Shown one piece after another: positions 8,045 through 15,966 of a DNA stretch of 41,174 bases. The stretch is taken from the IMG/VR virus record IMGVR_UViG_3300017650_000205, positions 1 through 41,174 of that record; one strand, written 5' to 3'. Origin of the DNA: a virus. Its lineage: Duplodnaviria > Caudoviricetes. The notes under the pieces were generated by a model. The model was not told where the DNA came from and did no database searches. It saw only the letters and a list, made by a program, of their open reading frames with translations. Numbering within the stretch: the stretch's first letter is position 1; each line of letters opens with the position of its first letter. Both the position numbers and the translations under genes were made by a program.

Positions 8045-8338
8045 ATGAAAGCGGTTTGGTCCAACCCCATTATCTGGGGCTACAAGCACGGCTATTCGAT
8101 CGACGAGATCGCGGCGGGATTGATGGTCCCCAGGGCGCGGGTGCGCGGGGAGATCATCGCCTATGACCAGCGGATCATCGCCGGGCGCGCCCTGTTGCGC
8201 CAGATTCCCAACGGCGTGGGCGATACCAGCCATATCCGGCGGATGAGCCAGTGGCAGCGCGAGACCGGAGGGGCCCGCGCAGCGATCGACGCCATCGAGG
8301 CGCAGCGCAACAGCGGAGGTGGGCGCGATGGGCGGTAA
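8045..8338 (+). CDS. Hypothetical HTH-like protein
   Basis: [21 protein letters not shown]-like segment; operon position. Confidence 0.5.
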   Translation: MKAVWSNPIIWGYKHGYSIDEIAAGLMVPRARVRGEIIAYDQRIIAGRALLRQIPNGVGDTSHIRRMSQWQRETGGARAAIDAIEAQRNSGGGRDGR

Positions 8339-8666
8339 TATCGGGCGCGAGCAGCTGCGCGCCTTTATCGAGCGGATCGAACGGCTGGAGGAAGAGAAAA
8401 AGGCCGTCTCTGACGACATCAAGGAAGTGTACGCCGAGGCCAAGGCCAATGGGTACCACACCAAGGTGATCCGCCAGATCGTGCGCATGCGCAAGCAGGA
8501 CGCCAATGAGCGCGCTGAGCAGGAGGCCATTCTGGATCTCTATCTCCACGCCCTGGGGATGATCGAGAGCGATGCCGGCGGCAGCGACATTCGCGAGCCG
8601 GTGCGCGCCGCGCGGCATGATTATTCCGGTTCTCGCAATCCTGTCGGGTTAGATCTTGAGGGGTGA
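8328..8666 (+). CDS. gapR: GapR-like (DUF2312/UPF0335) DNA-binding protein
   Basis: [35 protein letters not shown]...[15 protein letters not shown] signature. Confidence 0.9.
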   Translation: MGGNIGREQLRAFIERIERLEEEKKAVSDDIKEVYAEAKANGYHTKVIRQIVRMRKQDANERAEQEAILDLYLHALGMIESDAGGSDIREPVRAARHDYSGSRNPVGLDLEG

Positions 8667-8670
8667 GCCG

Positions 8671-9105
8671 ATGCCGCTGCGCCATATCGAGACGCTGGCC
8701 GATGACGCCCACGCGTTCGCCTATGTGGCGGGCAGCTTTGAGCTCGGCCGTGCGCTGGGCTTTTTCCCCAAGGATCGGGCAGGGCCGAGCGGCGGTGAGC
8801 AGTGCATCCTCGCGGAAAGCGAATTCGGGGTGCCGGTGGGGTTCGTGACGTTTTATCGAGCTGACCACCCCAATTATGTCGGGTGCGTGTGGATCGACCT
8901 TGTCTGGGTGGAGAAAACCCACCGGCGCATGGGCGTGGGCCGCGCCATGCTGGAGCGGGCCATTGCTGTGGCCGAGAGCGACCCGGAGGTGACGCGGGTC
9001 GAGCTGGGGACACTGTCTCATAATATGCGCATGCAAAATCTGGCGCGCCGGGTCGGCATGCAGGCCTCACGGATTGATTTCGTCCGCGAGGTGCACCGTG
9101 GCTGA
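8671..9105 (+). CDS. GNAT-family N-acetyltransferase
   Basis: Motif A VWVEKTHRRMGVGRAML; C-terminal N..MQNLARRVGM. Confidence 0.8.
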   Translation: MPLRHIETLADDAHAFAYVAGSFELGRALGFFPKDRAGPSGGEQCILAESEFGVPVGFVTFYRADHPNYVGCVWIDLVWVEKTHRRMGVGRAMLERAIAVAESDPEVTRVELGTLSHNMRMQNLARRVGMQASRIDFVREVHRG

Positions 9106-9391
9106 TCCGGATCGTCCCGTCGCCATCGAGGTGTTTGTGCACCGCCGGACGCTGGGCGACCGCGGCGCGCTGCTCGTCTCGCTCCAGGGCGATGTGGAGT
9201 GGGCCGTGTGGATTCCCCGCTCGCAGGTGATCGATGAGGAAAGGGCGCGCGCCAGCGCGGCGGGCCGCAGCGCGGATGTGGGGGCCTATGCGACGGTGCT
9301 CACCGTTCCGCACTGGCTGATCGTGGAAAAGGGGCTGGACGCTGGTGCCAGGCCCAAGGGCATCGCGGATCTGTTCGGAGGCGGGGTGTGA
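9098..9391 (+). CDS. Conserved small phage protein
   Basis: AVWIPRSQV...LTVPHWLIVEKGL pattern, which I recall from phage proteins. Confidence 0.6.
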   Translation: MADPDRPVAIEVFVHRRTLGDRGALLVSLQGDVEWAVWIPRSQVIDEERARASAAGRSADVGAYATVLTVPHWLIVEKGLDAGARPKGIADLFGGGV

Positions 9392-10368
9392 CGGCAGCTC
9401 TGGCGCAACCGCGCGGCTCGCTGCGCGCCATTTTACAAGCGATGGTGGCCGAAGGGTGCACCGACCGGCAGATCGGGGCCGTGGTGCGCGCGGCGATGGG
9501 CGCGGGTCTGTCGGAAACGGTCCGTCGCACGGCAAAACGGGTGTCCGGCGGTGATGCGACCGTCGCAAACAACCGTCTCAAAAATGAGACGGTTGCCAGA
9601 GCGCAAAATGAGACGGTTGCGCACCCCAAAAATGAGACGGTTGCCCCCGGTGCGGGCGCGGGCAGGACCCCTCTGGCCATCCTGCGTGCCACCATTGCCA
9701 ACCGCGCCGGGCTGTCGCGGGGCGCATCGCGCGTGGGGGCGGCTATCCTCGATCAGTACAGTCCAGACACCGGGCAATGTGCCATCGGGGCCGAAAAAAT
9801 CGCGGATAACTGCGGACTTAGCCGGGCCACGGTCTTTCGGGCGATCAAGGCGCTGGTCGAGGCTGGGCTGTTCGTGAAGGTGCCTTATGGCGGCATGGGG
9901 CACTGCAACGTCTATGTGCCGCAATTCGGTGGCGCGGGGGCCAAGGGCCAACCGTCTCAAAATGCGACGGTTGTAAACATGCGACCGTCTCAGGAATGCG
10001 ACCCATTCTCTGATAGAGATATAATACCCTCTGGAGTCAAAGGCACTGCTGTAGGGCGCAAAAGGCGACGGTGGGAGACCGATCGCCGTCAGCGGAGCAT
10101 GTTGCTGCCCATGGCGGGCGGCAAAAGCCTGCCGCAGCCAGAGTTCAAACCCACCCCCGAGGCGATCCGGGCCAAAGCCGCGCAACGGCTCCGGAGAGAT
10201 CTGGCCCAACGCCATGGCGGGAGGACCATCGCCGACGATCCCGATGCCTGGCTAGCCGGCATCGAAGCTGAAATGCAGGTGAAGGGCTCTGGGCTCGCCG
10301 CCCACGACGCGGTGCTGCTCGGCGCGCTAGAGCGTCGACGACGAACGGGTAGCGGCCCGCCGGGGTGA
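9388..10368 (+). CDS. HTH-containing replication initiator (lambda O-like position)
   Basis: wHTH GAEKIADNCGLSRATVFRAIKALVEAGL; internal iterons. Confidence 0.7.
   Translation: MTAALAQPRGSLRAILQAMVAEGCTDRQIGAVVRAAMGAGLSETVRRTAKRVSGGDATVANNRLKNETVARAQNETVAHPKNETVAPGAGAGRTPLAILRATIANRAGLSRGASRVGAAILDQYSPDTGQCAIGAEKIADNCGLSRATVFRAIKALVEAGLFVKVPYGGMGHCNVYVPQFGGAGAKGQPSQNATVVNMRPSQECDPFSDRDIIPSGVKGTAVGRKRRRWETDRRQRSMLLPMAGGKSLPQPEFKPTPEAIRAKAAQRLRRDLAQRHGGRTIADDPDAWLAGIEAEMQVKGSGLAAHDAVLLGALERRRRTGSGPPG
9553..9644. repeat. Iteron cluster 1 (putative origin)
   Basis: AAAATGAGACGGTTGC three times at 24-bp spacing (9581, 9605, 9629) plus an inverted copy forming palindrome 9570-9595. Confidence 0.8.
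9949..10003. repeat. Iteron cluster 2
   Basis: CAACCGTCTCA-AAA-TGCGACGGTTG, ATGCGACCGTCTCA and ATGCGACC. Confidence 0.7.
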
Positions 10369-10416
10369 CCAAAATCCCATCCGCCCAGACCACCAGCACA
10401 CGCCCCCGGGATCCCG

Positions 10417-10989
10417 ATGCCAACAATCGATGCCAGAACGTTCCGCCAGTACCACTGGTTTGCCATCCGCACCCTGCCGCAGCGCGAGTTCGTCGCCGAG
10501 ACGCTGCTCGACAAGGCCGGCTATTGCGTTTTCAACCCGGTGGAAATGGTGGAGCGCCGCCTCAACCGCTATCGCAAGATCAGGGAGGCGCGGCCTCGGC
10601 CCATGCTGACTTCGATGCTGCTGTGCGGCTTCGATGATGTGGTGCCACCCTGGTTCGATATCTTCCGGATGACGCCCGTGGCCGGGGTGCTCGGCGTCGA
10701 TGGCGCGCCCATCGAGATCCGGCATGCGGCGGTCGAGCGCTTGCTGCGCCTCTCAGGCAGGCTGGGCCGATTGCGGGCTGAACCGGAGGCCGTTCGGGTG
10801 GGCGAGATCGCCAAGTTCGACAGCGGGCCGTTCATCGGCTTTTGTGGCGAGGTGGTTGCGATCCGCAACAAGCGCGCCCTCGTGCTGCTGGGGCTGGATC
10901 ATGCTGACATCCTGCAAGGCCCGATCGAAGTTCCCATGGGAATACTCCGGCGGCGGCTTGACGCAGAAGCGATTCGGCCCGATAGATGA
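10417..10989 (+). CDS. NusG/RfaH-like transcription antiterminator (late regulator)
   Basis: NGN domain (WFAIRTLPQRE) and KOW motif (VGEIAKFDSGPFIGFCGEV); lambda Q position. Confidence 0.85.
   Translation: MPTIDARTFRQYHWFAIRTLPQREFVAETLLDKAGYCVFNPVEMVERRLNRYRKIREARPRPMLTSMLLCGFDDVVPPWFDIFRMTPVAGVLGVDGAPIEIRHAAVERLLRLSGRLGRLRAEPEAVRVGEIAKFDSGPFIGFCGEVVAIRNKRALVLLGLDHADILQGPIEVPMGILRRRLDAEAIRPDR
10958..10986 (+). promoter_or_regulatory. Putative late promoter (pR'-like)
   Basis: TTGACG-N17-GATAGA at the end of the antiterminator gene. Confidence 0.4.
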
Positions 10990-11202
10990 AGAAACGACCC
11001 TTGTTTGTGGATCCGTCGGGGCCAGCACCAATCGCTGGGGGAACACCGCGCACAACCTGAGGACCCGGCCCAACAGCGATGCACCACCATAGGTGCGTTT
11101 GGGCATAAATAGGGTGGAACTCGTATTGTGCCCAAAATCCACTGACCGACTTGCCACTCACCACTGAGTGAACCAGCTTTTATTGACCTCCTCCATTACG
11201 AC

Positions 11203-11236
11203 TGGCCGCTACCCTCGGGTAAGCGGCCATTTTTGT
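11203..11236 (+). terminator. Intrinsic terminator in the late leader (tR'-like)
   Basis: TGGCCGCT-ACC-CTCG-GGT-A-AGCGGCCA followed by TTTTT. Confidence 0.75.
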
Positions 11237-11293
11237 GAGACCATCCTCCATCGGATGCCATTTCCGCGCTGATTTCCGTCCGAAATCGCCAGC

Positions 11294-11348
11294 GGGTCCT
11301 TCCCCATCTCCATTCCGCATGCGGGGCGTCTGAGGGCGGGGGTTTTTT
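11294..11348 (+). other. Lambda-like cos site (cosQ plus cosN)
   Basis: GGGTCCT (11294-11300), 23 nt ending in CG, then GGGCGTCTGAGG(G) followed by a G-run and a T-run; same layout as lambda cos; directly upstream of terS. Confidence 0.7.
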
Positions 11349-11362
11349 AGTTTCGATCAAAA

Positions 11363-12013
11363 TTGACAGGGTTGACGCCGTTGACGGACGCCAGCGTTAC
11401 GGTTGACGCCGGGGCGCCCGACAATGTCTGGGTGTCGCTGGCCGAGGCCGCCAAACATCAAAAGGTCAGCCGCCAGGCCGTGCACAAGCGGGTGCGCGAT
11501 CTGGTCAGCGCCGGCAGGCTCTCGACGCGACCGGGACCGCGCGGGACGGTGCTGATCAACCTGGTTGCGTATATGCGGGCGGTGCGGGAAGAAACCGACC
11601 CGGCTCAGTATCTGCGCAACGGCATCGACGCGCCGCTGTTTGCCGAGCCGGACGAGGATCCGCGCCTGGACACGACCGATCCGCTGCCCGACGGCCCGCT
11701 CTCGGATGGCGCGAGCTACCAGCAGGCGCGGGCCCGGCGGGAAGCCTTCAACGCCGAGAACGCCCGGCTCGATCTGGAAGAGCGCATCGGGCGGCTGGTC
11801 GATCGTGACGATGTCGAGGACCGCACGATGACCGCGTTCCGCAAGATCCGCGATCGGCTGTTGTCGCTGCCGGCCACGTTGGCCGATCGGCTGATCGCGC
11901 AACCCGATGCCGCCTCGATGCGGGTGGCGCTCGATAAGGAAATCCGCGCGGTGCTCGAAGCTGCCGCCCATGAGCTCGATGCCCTTGGGGCGGATGAGGC
12001 CGATGACGAGTGA
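11363..12013 (+). CDS. Terminase small subunit (Nu1-like); start uncertain
   Basis: N-terminal HTH (SLAEAAKHQKVSRQAVHK) and coiled coil ARLDLEERIGRLV; directly before terL. Confidence 0.8.
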   Translation: MTGLTPLTDASVTVDAGAPDNVWVSLAEAAKHQKVSRQAVHKRVRDLVSAGRLSTRPGPRGTVLINLVAYMRAVREETDPAQYLRNGIDAPLFAEPDEDPRLDTTDPLPDGPLSDGASYQQARARREAFNAENARLDLEERIGRLVDRDDVEDRTMTAFRKIRDRLLSLPATLADRLIAQPDAASMRVALDKEIRAVLEAAAHELDALGADEADDE

Positions 12014-14093
12014 TCTGCACGCCACCAGCGAGCGGGTGATCCGGGCAGCCGGGCGGGTTGTCTTTCGCGGGGCGGCCAGCGGGATTTTGCCCGATCCGCG
12101 CGAGAAGGTGTCGGAATGGGCGCAGAAGCACCGCATCGTGCCCGAGATGGGATCGAAACCGGGACCCTGGCGCAATGAGACCGCGCCCTACCTTGTCGAG
12201 ATCATGGATTGCCTCTCGCCCGATCACCCGTGCGAGCAGGTGGTGAACATGAAGTGTTCGCAGTCGGGCGGTTCGGCGGTGGCCGAAAACTGGATCGGCT
12301 TTGTGATGCACCGCACACCGGGGCCGATGATGTACGTTCAGGCGACGGTCAAGGCGGCGAAAGACTGGCATCAGGAAAAGCTCCAGCCCACGATCGAAGC
12401 CACCCCGGTGCTCGATCCCAAACGCGGGGGCGCTGTGATCCCGCAAAAGTCCCGTTCGGGTGAGGGCTCGACCTCGGAGCGTATCCGGTTCCGGGGCGGG
12501 TTCATGAACCTTGCGGGGGCGAACTCGGCGGCAAGCCTGCGCCAGCACTCGATCCGCTACATGGTGCGCGACGATCGCTCGGCCTGGACCGACAATGCCG
12601 ATGGGGAAGGCGATCCCAAGGATCTGTCCGACGCCCGGCTCAAGACGTACCGCATTTTCGGGATGAGCAAGGTATATGACGTGTCGACGCCCAAATTCGA
12701 GGGTGCCGATATCGATGCCGACTATCAGCGCTCGGACATGCGGCGCTTCTACATGGCCTGCAAGAAATGCGGGGCGCTGACGGATCTGGTGTTTGAGGAT
12801 CTCGTGCGCAATGAGGTTGCGCCTTACCGCTCCCATTTCCTGTGCCCCGAGTGCGGCGAAGCCCATTTCGAGCACGACAAGCCCGAGATGATCGCGGCGG
12901 GCGCGTGGATCCCGACGCGGCCCGACCCAGAAACCGGAGAAGTGCCGCCCAAGACGATCCCCGCCGCCGAGATCGAGGTCTGGCGTACCCGCGATACCGG
13001 TGTGCATCTGATCGTGGGGTTCGTGATCACCGGCGAGATGTCGATCTTCGAGCGCTGGGACAACCTTGTCGCGCGGGAAAAGGAAGCCGGGGACGATCCG
13101 GCCAAATTGCAGCCCTTCCAGAACTCCGATCTGGGGCGGCCGTACAAACCCAAGACCGATGTACCCGATTGGGAATCGCTGTCGTCCCGGCGCGAGGGCG
13201 ATTGGCAACGGGGCGTCGCCCCTGCGGGCGTGCTCTATGTGACCCTGACCGTCGACGTGCAGGGCGATGGGATGTACTGGGCGTTCCTCGGCTGGGGGCC
13301 GAATAAGCAGGTCTGGCACCTCGATGCCGGTTTTTGCGCCGGAACCACCGATGTGGCTTTCGAGGGCGCGTGGCCCAAGCTCGATGCGATTGCCGATCGG
13401 GGTATTGATTTTGCCGGGGTTCGGGTTGCCGCCGACATGATCGGCGTCGATAGCGGGTACAATTCCGAACCGGTCTATGCCTGGGTCAAACGCCGTCACA
13501 ATGCCCTGGCGCTCAAGGGTGAGGATGGCTGGACGAAGCTGCCGATTTCCCGCGCCCAGTCTGCCGAAATCCGCAAGACGGGCCTCTCCGCCGGCAAGGC
13601 CAAAAAGTTCGGCATCAAGGTCTGGCTAGTGGGCACCTGGGGCATCAAGGGCGCTTTGATGCATTATCTGGGCCGGTTGCCCAAAGAGGGCGAGACCGGG
13701 TTTCCGGTGGGCTATCAGCACTATCCGGCAGACGCCGAGGAAGAATATTTCCGCCAGCTGGTCTCCGAATATGTGATGACCGAAGAGGTGAACGGGGAAA
13801 AGCGCCGCCGCTGGAAAGCGCGTTACGCCAACCACTGGCTGGACTGCAACGTCTATGGCTGGGCGCTCACCCATTTCGTCGGGCTGTGGAACTGGGACGA
13901 AAGCCAGTGGGAAAAGCGCGCCCGTGAGCTGGCCGAGATGACCGCTTCGGCGGAACGCGATCTGTTCGGCCCGTCGGTCGCCGCCGTTCCCGGTGTCGTG
14001 CCGGTTGAACCGGCCACTGAAGCCCCAGCCCGCTCCGTTGGTTGCGGCCCCAAAGACGATGGGCTCGGCGCCCTCGCCAAACTCAATCGATAG
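12003..14093 (+). CDS. Terminase large subunit, gpA family
   Basis: PGPWRNETAPY, KCSQSGGS Walker A-like, GANS, STP, CxxC pairs, TVDVQ nuclease, DSG and NHWLDC motifs. Confidence 0.95.
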   Translation: MTSDLHATSERVIRAAGRVVFRGAASGILPDPREKVSEWAQKHRIVPEMGSKPGPWRNETAPYLVEIMDCLSPDHPCEQVVNMKCSQSGGSAVAENWIGFVMHRTPGPMMYVQATVKAAKDWHQEKLQPTIEATPVLDPKRGGAVIPQKSRSGEGSTSERIRFRGGFMNLAGANSAASLRQHSIRYMVRDDRSAWTDNADGEGDPKDLSDARLKTYRIFGMSKVYDVSTPKFEGADIDADYQRSDMRRFYMACKKCGALTDLVFEDLVRNEVAPYRSHFLCPECGEAHFEHDKPEMIAAGAWIPTRPDPETGEVPPKTIPAAEIEVWRTRDTGVHLIVGFVITGEMSIFERWDNLVAREKEAGDDPAKLQPFQNSDLGRPYKPKTDVPDWESLSSRREGDWQRGVAPAGVLYVTLTVDVQGDGMYWAFLGWGPNKQVWHLDAGFCAGTTDVAFEGAWPKLDAIADRGIDFAGVRVAADMIGVDSGYNSEPVYAWVKRRHNALALKGEDGWTKLPISRAQSAEIRKTGLSAGKAKKFGIKVWLVGTWGIKGALMHYLGRLPKEGETGFPVGYQHYPADAEEEYFRQLVSEYVMTEEVNGEKRRRWKARYANHWLDCNVYGWALTHFVGLWNWDESQWEKRARELAEMTASAERDLFGPSVAAVPGVVPVEPATEAPARSVGCGPKDDGLGALAKLNR

Positions 14094-14096
14094 GAG

Positions 14097-14345
14097 ATGC
14101 GGATCGTGCGTTCGAGAGTCGAGATCGAGGCTGACCTGGCCCAGCTCTATGCGGCGCGCCGCAAGCGTCTGATTGGCGGGGCCGTGGTCGAAGTGACCCA
14201 TGCCAGCGGCGGCACCAAAAAGGAAGTGGTCACGCTCGAAGAGATCAACCAGGCGATTGCGCTTTTGGAACTGGAATTGTCGCGGGTAACCGGGCAGCGG
14301 AGCAATCTGGGCCCGGTGCGTATCGGGTTTGGAGATCGTCCATGA
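14097..14345 (+). CDS. Head-tail adaptor, gpW-like
   Basis: 82 aa between terL and portal; helix-hairpin-helix pattern. Confidence 0.7.
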   Translation: MRIVRSRVEIEADLAQLYAARRKRLIGGAVVEVTHASGGTKKEVVTLEEINQAIALLELELSRVTGQRSNLGPVRIGFGDRP

Positions 14346-15955
14346 GCAAGCCTCGCGTTCGGGTACGGGCCGGTGACAGTGTCGGGGCATCGCTGCGCCC
14401 GGTGGCCGCTGCGCCGCGCACGGCCTATGCCGCTGCCGATCAGGGTCATTCCGCGCTGGGCGGCTGGATGCCGCCGATGCAATCGGCGGATGCAGAATGG
14501 CTGCGCGATCGGGATGTGTCGGTTGCCCGGATCCGTGACCTTGAGCGCAATGACGGCACGGTCTCGGCGGGGATCGACCGGCAGGTCGATATGCTGGTGG
14601 GCGCGGCGCTGCGGCTCAATTCCAAGCCCGATCATAAAGCGCTGGGCATTTCCGCCGATGCCGCGCACGCCTTGGGGAAATCCATCCAGTCGATGTTTCG
14701 TGGCTGGGCCGATGATCCGATTTTCCGCTGCGATGCCGAGCGCCAACTGCCTTTCAACGGCCTTGCGGCCATGGCGGCGCGCGAATTTGTCGGGGTGGGG
14801 GAAGGGCTTGCCGTCATGCGGTTCCGGGACATGCCGGGCTGGTCCTATCGGACGTCCATCCACATGGTCGACCCCGACCGGCTGTCCAATCCCGCCGGCC
14901 TGCCGGACACGGAGTTTTTGCGCAAGGGCGTGGCCAAGGATGAGGACGGGGCCCCGATCGGGTACCACATCCGGCGCGGGCATCCCGCCGATGTGTTCGG
15001 CATGACATCGGACCCGTTCACTTGGGATTATTTCGAGCGCTGGCACGACACCGAAAATGGCTGGCAGAGGCCGGGTGTGATCCACCTTTATGACAAGCGC
15101 CGTCCGGGGCAGTCGCGCGGCGTGTCGCGGCTCGTGTCCAGCCTTGTCAAAACCCGCATGCTCAATCGCTATTCGGAAAACGAGGTGCGGGCGGCGGCCA
15201 TCAACGGGTCGATCATCGGAGCGATCTATACCCAGCTTGGTGCCGATTATGCTGCAGAACGTCTGGGGACCGATGATCTGCACGGCACCGACTGGGGCGC
15301 GTTCAATACCCAGCGCAGCGAATTCTATTCCGATCGCTCTATCCTCAACGATGCGCGGCTGTTGACGCTGTTTCCAACCGATCGGCTCGATCTCAACACC
15401 CAGCCCCGCCAGACGGCGGGCTATCCGGCATTCGCGCGGTCCTTTCTGCAATCGTTCGCCGCTTCGCTCGGCATCTCCTATGAGCAGCTGTCGATGGACT
15501 GGAGCCAGACCAACTATTCCTCGGCGCGGGCGGCACTCAATGAGGTCTGGCGCGGCATCCAGCGGCTGCGGTCGGTCCTGATCTATGGCTTTGCCCTGCC
15601 TGTGTTTGCGACGGTGCTTGAAGACGCGCTCGACAACGACATGATCGAGATCCCCAAGGGCTGTGCAGATTTTTATGACCGGCCTGCAGCCTGGCTGCGC
15701 GCCGAATGGATCGGGCCGGGCCGGGGCTATATCGATCCGGTCAAGGAGGCACAGGCGAGCTCCGAGCGGATTCGGGGGCGCACATCGACGCTGGAGCGTG
15801 AGGCCGCCGAACAGGGGCTCGATTGGGAGCTGGTGCTCGAACAGCAGGCCCGCGAGCGCGACGAGCTAGAGCGCTACGGCCTGTCTGAGCCCCAGGCCGA
15901 TCTGACGATCGTGCCGCGCAGCGACCTCGACGACCAGCGCGCCAACGCAAACTAG
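14342..15955 (+). CDS. Portal protein, lambda family
   Basis: RPGQSRGVS, YEQLSMDWSQTNYSSARA and IDPVKE motifs. Confidence 0.95.
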   Translation: MSKPRVRVRAGDSVGASLRPVAAAPRTAYAAADQGHSALGGWMPPMQSADAEWLRDRDVSVARIRDLERNDGTVSAGIDRQVDMLVGAALRLNSKPDHKALGISADAAHALGKSIQSMFRGWADDPIFRCDAERQLPFNGLAAMAAREFVGVGEGLAVMRFRDMPGWSYRTSIHMVDPDRLSNPAGLPDTEFLRKGVAKDEDGAPIGYHIRRGHPADVFGMTSDPFTWDYFERWHDTENGWQRPGVIHLYDKRRPGQSRGVSRLVSSLVKTRMLNRYSENEVRAAAINGSIIGAIYTQLGADYAAERLGTDDLHGTDWGAFNTQRSEFYSDRSILNDARLLTLFPTDRLDLNTQPRQTAGYPAFARSFLQSFAASLGISYEQLSMDWSQTNYSSARAALNEVWRGIQRLRSVLIYGFALPVFATVLEDALDNDMIEIPKGCADFYDRPAAWLRAEWIGPGRGYIDPVKEAQASSERIRGRTSTLEREAAEQGLDWELVLEQQARERDELERYGLSEPQADLTIVPRSDLDDQRANAN

Positions 15956-15966
15956 GATTTTCCGAC

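Noticed and set aside
9553-9644. Regularly spaced repeats as a CRISPR array
   Set aside because: 16-bp units with 8-bp spacers inside a coding gene and no cas genes; they fit iterons
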